From the NCBI GenBank assembly GCA_013285985.1, contig JABDGR010000001.1, forward strand, positions 67-64,066: a DNA stretch of 64,000 bases, in the 5' to 3' direction. Below the pieces are notes generated by a model. The model was not told where the DNA came from, made no database searches, and saw nothing but the letters and a program-made list of their open reading frames with translations. Source of the DNA: Verrucomicrobiota bacterium (GTDB taxonomy: Bacteria; Verrucomicrobiota; Verrucomicrobiia; Opitutales; JABDGR01). The position numbers and the translations under genes are program-made. Each line of letters starts with the position of its first letter. The stretch's first letter is position 1. Shown here piece by piece: positions 54,856 through 61,693 of this stretch.

Positions 54856-55473
54856 ATGAAAACCCGCATCCTCGCCGTCGTCATTTTCTGCGCAGCCGCC
54901 GGCACCCTGGCCTGGCTGTTGTATCCGTCACCGCCCGCGCCGGCCGCGAAAACTGCTGATGCAAAAACCCCTGCGAAGATTGAAGCGCCGAAGCTCGCCG
55001 CGCCCCTGCCCGCGCCAACGCGTTCGGCCCAAGTGGCGCAGCCGGTGGTGGCCGCGGCGACGTCAAACCCGGCCGCCCCCACTCCACCGGCGGACGAAAC
55101 CTTTGTGGCCGAGCCGAAGACGGATTTGAAAGCGTGCGTCTCCACCATGATCCACTTTCTCCAAACGCAAGATATTGTCAGCCTGATCAAGACGGCCATG
55201 CCGCCGGATGCGATAAGCCAGATGATTGCCTCCGGCCAGGCCAGTTCGGTCGAAGATGTCGCCGCGCATTTCCAACAGATGCCCGACATCAGCAGCAAAA
55301 TCAGCCAACTGCTGCAAACCCTGCAAAGCGTCCAGGGCCAGGAGCCGGAAATAAGCGCGGACGGCAAGCACGCCACCTACAAGGTTGAGCCGGGCAACCT
55401 TCCGCCCGATGGGCCCGGCAACAACGGGGGCATCGAATTTGTCCAGGTTGACGGATTTTGGTATCTGCGCTAA
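54856..55473 (+). CDS. Stand-alone membrane-anchored NGxWY-domain protein S2
   Basis: MKTRILAVVIFCAAAGTLAWLLYP, a linker, KTDLKACVSTMIHFL, AMPPDAI, QEPEISADGKHATYKV and FVQVDGFWYLR. A tandem duplicate of S1, including its upstream region. Confidence 0.85.
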   Translation: MKTRILAVVIFCAAAGTLAWLLYPSPPAPAAKTADAKTPAKIEAPKLAAPLPAPTRSAQVAQPVVAAATSNPAAPTPPADETFVAEPKTDLKACVSTMIHFLQTQDIVSLIKTAMPPDAISQMIASGQASSVEDVAAHFQQMPDISSKISQLLQTLQSVQGQEPEISADGKHATYKVEPGNLPPDGPGNNGGIEFVQVDGFWYLR

Positions 55474-55481
55474 GATGCGGA

Positions 55482-56069
55482 ATGGCCTACGTCCGCCTCG
55501 GGTTTGTTTTGGTGCTGTTGCTGGCGCTGGTATACATGCTGGATAAGTTTGCCGACGCACCAGGTCTGGAGTCGCCGGACGCGACGCCGACGGCCGCATC
55601 ACCGGCCGCGAATACCGCAGGCGCACAAGCCACCGCGCCCGCCCTGTCTCCAGCGGACAAGTCGGCAACCCCAGGGACAGCCGCGGCCCCAACCGCCAGC
55701 GACCCGCAGGCGGAGTTGAGCACCGCGATTCCGGACATGGTGAACCTGATCCAATCGGGGCAACTGCTCACGGCGTTCAAGCGATACATACCGCCGTCCT
55801 ACCTCGCGCAAATGCCCCAGCCGGTGATCGACCAGCTGGAACAACAGGAGCAAAATTTGCTGGCGGACCCGAAGGCGCAGCAACGAAGGCTCCGGGTGGT
55901 GCAGGTTTTGCAGACCATGCAGGGCCAGGCGCCGGAATTGAACAGCGACCGGGACCGCGCGGTGTATCACGATGAGTCGGCCCCCGACCCCGACCTGCGG
56001 CAAATCGCCTTCATCAAAGTCGGCGGCAAATGGTATCTGGCGCCCGCGGCCAATGCGTTGTTTTTCTGA
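55482..56069 (+). CDS. Stand-alone membrane-anchored NGxWY-domain protein S3
   Basis: The ATG at 55482 lies 8 nt after the S2 stop and gives MAYVRLGFVLVLLLALVYML, then a linker, ELSTAIPDMVNLI, YIPPSYL and FIKVGGKWYLAP. The track start at 55458 is TTG and overlaps S2. Confidence 0.8.
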   Translation: MAYVRLGFVLVLLLALVYMLDKFADAPGLESPDATPTAASPAANTAGAQATAPALSPADKSATPGTAAAPTASDPQAELSTAIPDMVNLIQSGQLLTAFKRYIPPSYLAQMPQPVIDQLEQQEQNLLADPKAQQRRLRVVQVLQTMQGQAPELNSDRDRAVYHDESAPDPDLRQIAFIKVGGKWYLAPAANALFF

Positions 56070-56081
56070 TGGCGGCGTTTT

Positions 56082-56112
56082 TTGTCCGATTCTGCGTTGG
56101 GCGGTGTATATT
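56082..56112 (+). promoter_or_regulatory. Conserved upstream box of G1 (TTGTCC-N19-TATATT; alternatively TGTCCGA-N15-TGTA)
   Basis: One of five aligned boxes, each preceded by a T-run. Its end lies 18 nt from the ATG. Confidence 0.45.
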
Positions 56113-56130
56113 CCCTGAAACCGCCCGCCG

Positions 56131-57420
56131 ATGACCTCCGATAGCGACTTGTTGCGCCAATACGCCGACCACGGCGACGAGGCCGCGTTTGCGGAGGTCG
56201 TGCGGCGGCAGGCCGACCTGGTCTATTCCGTCGCTCTGCGCGTGACGGCCAATTCCGCGCTGGCCGAGGAGGTGACGCAAACGGTCTTCACCCTGCTCGC
56301 GCGGCGGGCCAAAGCACTTTGCCATTACGACACGCTGGTGGGCTGGCTGCACACCACGGCGCGCAACACCGCCATCAATGCCGTACGGGGCGAGTCCCGC
56401 CGCCGCGCGCGCGAACAGGAGGCCGTCATCATGCAAGACTCACCCATCATGCCCGAAGCCAATTGGGCGGAAATCGGCCCGCTCCTCGACGAAGCCGTGG
56501 GCACGCTCTCCGAGCAGGACAGCAAAGCCGTCCTACTGCGTTTTTTTAAAAACCAGAGCCACCAGGAAGTCGGCGCGGCGCTGGGCCTGAGCGAAGACAC
56601 CGCGCGCAAACGCGTGGAACGGGCGTTGGAGAAACTGCGGAGCCATTTTGCCTCACGCGGCGTCACCGCATCATCTGCGCTGCTCGCCGCCAGCCTGACC
56701 GCGAACTCCGTGCAAGCTGCGCCGGTGGGATTGGCGGAAAAAATTGCCCCCATCTCGCTGGCCGGAATCGGCGGCGCGGGCGCGGGCAGCGCATTTTTAC
56801 TCGCACTAATCATGAGCACAAAAACCAAAACCATCCTCGCCATCGTTGTTGTCCTGGCCATCGCCGCCACTCTCGCCGTCAAATTGGGCGGTTCGGGCGC
56901 AGCACCCGCAACCGCCAGTTCAACGCCATCCACTCCCACTCCAGTCGCCGCCAGCCTGCCCAAGGCATCGACATCTGCGCCGCAGGTGGCCACGCCGACG
57001 ATGGCACCCCTGCCTGCGCATGGCGCAGTTTCCGCCGACACCGGACTCACGGCAACGGCAAGCACAGTCCCGGCGAACGCGGATTTGAAAACCGATGTGC
57101 CGACGCTTATCCACCTGCTGGAGATTGATGATTTTAATGACCTGATAGACTACATCATACCGCCGGAGGAATTGCAGCATGACCTGCAGGCGCAAACCCG
57201 GGAGGTTTTTGCGAATAAACTTCGTGAGGAATTGGGCGCCCATGGCGGTGCCGCGATGCTGCTTGATGCCCTGCACTCAATTGATGGCCAGGAGCCGGTG
57301 CTAAATGACACTGGAGATGTCGCCACATTCAGGCTGGGACCGGCCACCATTGCCACCGCGGCCGGCCACGATGAAATCAAGTTCAAGAAAATGAACGGGT
57401 TGTGGTACGGCCCACAATGA
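56131..57420 (+). CDS. ECF-type sigma-70 factor fused via TM helix to extracytoplasmic NGxWY domain (G1)
   Basis: Region 2 (DLVYSVALRV..GWLHTTARNTAINAVR) and region 4 (LSEQDSKAVLLRFF..EVGAALGLSEDTARKRVERALEKLR). Conserved segment RGVTASSALLAASLTANSVQAAPVGLAEKIAPISLAG, TM MSTKTKTILAIVVVLAIAATLAV, an AP/T linker, IIPPEEL, QEPVLNDTGDVATFRL and FKKMNGLWYGPQ. Confidence 0.85.
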   Translation: MTSDSDLLRQYADHGDEAAFAEVVRRQADLVYSVALRVTANSALAEEVTQTVFTLLARRAKALCHYDTLVGWLHTTARNTAINAVRGESRRRAREQEAVIMQDSPIMPEANWAEIGPLLDEAVGTLSEQDSKAVLLRFFKNQSHQEVGAALGLSEDTARKRVERALEKLRSHFASRGVTASSALLAASLTANSVQAAPVGLAEKIAPISLAGIGGAGAGSAFLLALIMSTKTKTILAIVVVLAIAATLAVKLGGSGAAPATASSTPSTPTPVAASLPKASTSAPQVATPTMAPLPAHGAVSADTGLTATASTVPANADLKTDVPTLIHLLEIDDFNDLIDYIIPPEELQHDLQAQTREVFANKLREELGAHGGAAMLLDALHSIDGQEPVLNDTGDVATFRLGPATIATAAGHDEIKFKKMNGLWYGPQ

Positions 57421-57439
57421 ACTGGGCGACGGCGCTTTT

Positions 57440-57472
57440 TTGTCAGACTTTCGGGCGGGCGGGTGCTATAAG
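57440..57472 (+). promoter_or_regulatory. Conserved upstream box of G2 (TTGTCA-N21-TATAAG)
   Basis: Aligned with the other four boxes; its end lies 13 nt from the ATG. Confidence 0.4.
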
Positions 57473-57485
57473 GTAAAGCACCCTT

Positions 57486-58838
57486 ATGACCCCCGATGGT
57501 GAATTATTGCGGCAGTATGCCGTGGAAGGCTCCGAGGCCGCCTTTGCGGAACTCGTGCGCCGCCACGTGGACCTGGTTTATTCCGTCGCGCTGCGGCAGG
57601 CGGCGGGAGACTCCGCGCTGGCGCAGGATGCTACGCAGTTGGTGTTTATCGACCTCGCCCGCAAGGCCCGCGTGCTAAGCGGGCGGGCCACGCTCTCCGG
57701 CTGGCTGCACACCAGCGCGCGCTTTGCCGCCAGCAAAGCCATCCGCGGCGAACAACGCCGGCGGGCCCGCGAACAGGAGTCCCTCACCATGAATGAAAAC
57801 CCCGCCGCCGAAATAAATTGGGAACAGTTGCGCCCGTTGCTCGACGAGAGCGTGGGCCAGCTCAAGGAAGCCGACCGCGACGCCATCGTGTTGCGATTTT
57901 TTCAGGGCAAAAACCACCAAGAAATCGGCGCCATCCTCGGCCTCAGCGAAAATTCGGCGAATAAACGCATTGAGCGCGCGCTGGAAAAGCTGCGCGAATA
58001 TTTTGCTTCGCGCGGGGTGAAAGCCTCTTCCGCTTTGCTGGCGGCCGCCATCAGCGCGAATTCCGTGCAAGCCGCGCCGGCGGGATTGGCGGAAAAAATT
58101 ACCCCGGTTTCGTTGGCCGGGATAGGTGGCGCGAGTCTCGGCAGCGGGCTTTTCCTGGCACTTCTTATGAACACCAAAATCAAAGTAATTCTCGGCGCGG
58201 CCATTGTTTTGGCCTTGGCCCTCATGATCAAATTGAGCTGGCACCTGCCCGCCAACACGGCGATTTCGGACCCACCGCCCGTGGCGGCGGCGTCATCGGC
58301 AAAAGTGGAGGCCCCGGCCGCGCAGGCGGTAAAAATTGCCGCTGCCCCGACTGCCGACGGTCAGCCGGCGACCGCTCGACCGGCAGACGCGCCGGGTGCA
58401 ACCCCGGCAGAAATTGCCGCAACGGAGGACACACCCCCGCCGCCGAACGTGAATCCACAGGCCGACGTGCAGACGCTCCTGCCCGCCCTGATCAAGGTTC
58501 TGCAGGCTGGAGACTATGTCGGCCTCGTCAATTATATCGTGTCACCCGATGAATTGAAACAGATGATCGCCAGCGGCCAAATCGCCTCCAAGGAAGAGTT
58601 GGCGCAACAACTCCACGATGCCGCCGATCAATCGGGCGGAGCCGCGTTTGCCGTGCAGGGCCTGCAGGTTGTCATGGCTTCACTCGCGAATCCATCCATC
58701 CCCGTTCCCGGGGCCACCCCTTACACGGTGAATGCCACGGAAGACCGTATCGCGTATTCATTCCAAACGCAGCTGGGTCCAAGGGACATCGTTTTTTCCA
58801 AAAAGAATGGCCTTTGGTATGCTTTTCAAAAGAATTGA
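57486..58838 (+). CDS. ECF-type sigma-70 factor fused via TM helix to extracytoplasmic NGxWY domain (G2)
   Basis: Same architecture: GWLHTSARFAASKAIR, LGLSENSANKRIERALEKLR, RGVKASSALLAAAISANSVQAAPAGLAEKITPVSLAG, MNTKIKVILGAAIVLALALMI, linker, IVSPDEL and FSKKNGLWYAFQKN. Confidence 0.85.
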   Translation: MTPDGELLRQYAVEGSEAAFAELVRRHVDLVYSVALRQAAGDSALAQDATQLVFIDLARKARVLSGRATLSGWLHTSARFAASKAIRGEQRRRAREQESLTMNENPAAEINWEQLRPLLDESVGQLKEADRDAIVLRFFQGKNHQEIGAILGLSENSANKRIERALEKLREYFASRGVKASSALLAAAISANSVQAAPAGLAEKITPVSLAGIGGASLGSGLFLALLMNTKIKVILGAAIVLALALMIKLSWHLPANTAISDPPPVAAASSAKVEAPAAQAVKIAAAPTADGQPATARPADAPGATPAEIAATEDTPPPPNVNPQADVQTLLPALIKVLQAGDYVGLVNYIVSPDELKQMIASGQIASKEELAQQLHDAADQSGGAAFAVQGLQVVMASLANPSIPVPGATPYTVNATEDRIAYSFQTQLGPRDIVFSKKNGLWYAFQKN

Positions 58839-58872
58839 AGCACAGAATTACTGGACGGGTAACGTAAGATTT

Positions 58873-58904
58873 TTGTCAGGTTCTTTGGGTAGGCGGTGTA
58901 TAGT
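58873..58904 (+). promoter_or_regulatory. Conserved upstream box of G3 (TTGTCA-N20-TATAGT)
   Basis: Aligned with the other four boxes; its end lies 20 nt from the ATG. Confidence 0.4.
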
Positions 58905-58924
58905 TTATAAAACCGCCCTGCCGG

Positions 58925-60274
58925 ATGACCCCCGATTGCGAATTACTGCGCCAATACGCCGAACGTGGTGACCAAGCCGCGTTTGCGGATTTGGTGCGCC
59001 GGCATACGGATTTGGTTTACTCCATCGCGGTGCGGGTGGCGGGCGACCCGCAACTGGCCGAGGATGCGACCCAAGTTGTTTTTACCAAGCTGGCCCGGCA
59101 GGCGCGGGCGTTGCTGGGCTACCCCACCCTCGTCGGCTGGCTGCACACGACAACCCGCTATTCCGCCATCAACCTCATCCGCGGTGAAGAACGCCGCCGC
59201 ACCCGCGAACAGGAGGCCGCCGCCATGCACCATGATTCATCCCTGCCGGACACGAATTGGAAAGAAATCCGCCCGCTGCTCGACGAAGCCGTGGGCCGGC
59301 TTGGCGAACAGGACCGCCAGGCGGTGTTGCTGCGCTATTTCAACGGCCTGAGCCATCAGGAAGTCGGCGCGACATTGGGCTTGAGTGAAAACTCGGCGAA
59401 CAAGCGCGTGGAGCGGGCGCTGGAAAAGCTGCGCGGGTATTTTGCTTCGCGCGGGGTGAAAGCTTCCTCGGCTTTGCTCGCGGCGAGCATCACCGTGAAT
59501 TCCGTGCAGGCTGCTCCGGTGGGGCTGGCGGAGAAAGTTACTCCGGCTTCGCTGGCGGGGGTTGGCACTACGGGCGCCGCCAGCGCATTTTTACTCGCCT
59601 TAATTATGAACACCAAAACCAAAGCCACCCTAGCCATCGCCGTTGTCATTGTCTGTGTCGCCCTTTGGTGGTTCGGGCGACCAACAACAGATACTCTGAA
59701 AAAAGCCGCTCTAGAGACGACGTCAGTCAAAAAAATCACCGCGTCGTCAGTATCGCAGGTCGAAACGCCAAAACCATCTCCAGCGACATCCAAGTCCGAA
59801 ACAGCCACATCTCTGTCCGAGCCCGCCGATCCCCAAGCCGATTTGAAAACCGCCATCGCCGATATGGCGCGTTTACTCCGAACCGGTGACCAAGCGGCTC
59901 TTATGAAGGCCTACGACGAGCCGGACAAATTGAATTTGGAACAAGTAAGACAAATGCAGGATCTCCAGGATCAGGTGCAGCAAACAACCCCATGGCAAGT
60001 CGCCCCGCGCATGCAGTCCCTGCGCGAAACATCGGCGCAATCTTACGAGGAAATGGAAACGCAGACACCGACCTTCAACGCCACTGGCGACGAAGCCACT
60101 TACCAGTTGATTCTGCCGACATTGGTTAATGGAGAATACGTGCTAGGCGACAAACGAACCCCCTATACCTTTATCAAAATCAACGGCAAGTGGTATATGA
60201 AGTTAGAGTATTTCAACGGGCCACCGTCCCCACCACCGCCGTCTTTGTTGCCGACTAATCGAGGCGGGAATTAA
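58925..60274 (+). CDS. ECF-type sigma-70 factor fused via TM helix to extracytoplasmic NGxWY domain (G3; sensor half resembles the scattered stand-alone copies)
   Basis: Same sigma and linker, with TM MNTKTKATLAIAVVIVCVALWWFGRP. The domain reads ADPQADLKTAIADMARL..YDEPDKL..QTPTFNATGDEATYQL..FIKINGKWYMK, plus a Pro-rich tail. Confidence 0.85.
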   Translation: MTPDCELLRQYAERGDQAAFADLVRRHTDLVYSIAVRVAGDPQLAEDATQVVFTKLARQARALLGYPTLVGWLHTTTRYSAINLIRGEERRRTREQEAAAMHHDSSLPDTNWKEIRPLLDEAVGRLGEQDRQAVLLRYFNGLSHQEVGATLGLSENSANKRVERALEKLRGYFASRGVKASSALLAASITVNSVQAAPVGLAEKVTPASLAGVGTTGAASAFLLALIMNTKTKATLAIAVVIVCVALWWFGRPTTDTLKKAALETTSVKKITASSVSQVETPKPSPATSKSETATSLSEPADPQADLKTAIADMARLLRTGDQAALMKAYDEPDKLNLEQVRQMQDLQDQVQQTTPWQVAPRMQSLRETSAQSYEEMETQTPTFNATGDEATYQLILPTLVNGEYVLGDKRTPYTFIKINGKWYMKLEYFNGPPSPPPPSLLPTNRGGN

Positions 60275-60328
60275 ATTCTGTTGCGGGCAAAGGCACCGGC
60301 TGGATCCCCCTGGCATGAGTTGATTATT

Positions 60329-60359
60329 TTGTCCGGTTTTCGAGCGGGTGTCGTATAAT
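60329..60359 (+). promoter_or_regulatory. Conserved upstream box of G4 (TTGTCC-N19-TATAAT; alternatively TGTCCGG-N15-CGTA)
   Basis: Aligned with the other four boxes; its end lies 19 nt from the ATG. Confidence 0.45.
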
Positions 60360-60378
60360 GGGTAAATAGACCCCGCCC

Positions 60379-61638
60379 ATGCCCTCCGACAGCGAACTCC
60401 TGCGCCAATTTGCGGACAGACGCGACGAAACTGCGTTTGCCGAAGTCGTGCGCCGCCACGCCGACCTGGTTTACTCCGTCGCCCTGCGGGTGGTGCGGAA
60501 TGACGCCATTGCGCAGGATGTCACGCAAACCGTCTTTACCAAACTCGCGGGACGGGCGGGAGTGCTTTACCGCTACGATACCATTATCGGCTGGCTGCAC
60601 ACGGCCGCGCGCCATGCGGCCATCGACACCATCCGCAGTGAAGAACGCCGCCGCGCACGCGAACAAGAGGCCGCCATCATGCAAAACATCCCAACCATGC
60701 CGGAAGCAAATTGGGCGGAAATCGGCCCACTGCTCGACGAAGCCGTGGGCACGCTCTCCGCGCAGGACAGCAAGGCCGTCCTGCTGCGTTTTTTCAAAAA
60801 CCAGAGCCACCAGGAAGTTGGCGCGGCACTGGGCCTGAGCGAAGACACCGCGCGCAAGCGTGTGGAACGGGCTCTGGAAAAGCTGCGCAGCCATTTCGCT
60901 TCACGAGGAGTAAGAACCTCTTCTGCGTTGCTCGCGGCTGCGATGAGCGCGAACTCTGTCCAGGCCGCGCCAGTGGGGCTGGCGGAGAAAGTCACCCCGG
61001 CGTCGCTGGCGGGAGCGGGCGGAACTGCGGGTGGTATTTTTCTGAAAATTCTCTTTATGAGCACCAAAGTCAAAATCCTCGCCGCCGCCGCGGTCATCGT
61101 GGCGATTGCGGTTACCCTCAGCATAAACTGGCCGCAAACGGCCCCGCAACCCGGCGCGAGCACACCGGGCGCGACTGTTGTCCAACCGACGGCCGGACCT
61201 GCGCCAATCAAGCCACCGAATCAATTGCCGGCGGCAAAGCCGGTTGCCGCGGCCGCAATTTCGCCAACGGCCAATAACACCCCGGCATTCATCGCCGGGC
61301 CGCAAGTGGATTTGAAAACGGCTATCGCGACAGGCATCCATTTTCTCGATGCCAACGACACCCTGAGTTTCTTTAAAACCCTGATGCCGCCGGAGGCGAT
61401 TGCCGGCGAAGGGAAAGGAAGCACGGTGGAAGAATTCGTCGCCCAAATTAGCCAGGACCCGCGCACCGAGAAGAAAATTTCCTCGATGCAGGACGCAATG
61501 AAGGCGATTGCAGACCAGACCCCCCAGTTAAATGGCGACGGCACCCGCGCGACTTACCCCCTCGACCCGCCCGTCGGCGGGCACAAGGCGGTGATATTTA
61601 ACAAAGTGGACGGTTTTTGGTATCTGGACGGAATGTAA
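60379..61638 (+). CDS. ECF-type sigma-70 factor fused via TM helix to extracytoplasmic NGxWY domain (G4)
   Basis: Same architecture; the region 4 text is almost identical to G1. TM MSTKVKILAAAAVIVAIAVTL, linker, DLKTAIATGIHFL, LMPPEAI, QTPQLNGDGTRATYPL and FNKVDGFWYLDGM. Confidence 0.85.
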   Translation: MPSDSELLRQFADRRDETAFAEVVRRHADLVYSVALRVVRNDAIAQDVTQTVFTKLAGRAGVLYRYDTIIGWLHTAARHAAIDTIRSEERRRAREQEAAIMQNIPTMPEANWAEIGPLLDEAVGTLSAQDSKAVLLRFFKNQSHQEVGAALGLSEDTARKRVERALEKLRSHFASRGVRTSSALLAAAMSANSVQAAPVGLAEKVTPASLAGAGGTAGGIFLKILFMSTKVKILAAAAVIVAIAVTLSINWPQTAPQPGASTPGATVVQPTAGPAPIKPPNQLPAAKPVAAAAISPTANNTPAFIAGPQVDLKTAIATGIHFLDANDTLSFFKTLMPPEAIAGEGKGSTVEEFVAQISQDPRTEKKISSMQDAMKAIADQTPQLNGDGTRATYPLDPPVGGHKAVIFNKVDGFWYLDGM

Positions 61639-61648
61639 TTGAAAAAGT

Positions 61649-61679
61649 ATGTCAGAAAGCGGCGCGGGTGTCGTATAAT
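61649..61679 (+). promoter_or_regulatory. Conserved upstream box of G5 (ATGTCA-N19-TATAAT; alternatively TGTCAGA-N15-CGTA)
   Basis: Aligned with the other four boxes; its end lies 14 nt from the ATG. Confidence 0.45.
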
Positions 61680-61693
61680 GGTAAAGACACCCG

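Noticed and set aside
55458-55481. TTG start for S3 overlapping the end of S2
   Set aside because: The in-frame ATG at 55482 gives a Lys/Arg-then-hydrophobic N-terminus like the other family members, and it avoids the overlap.
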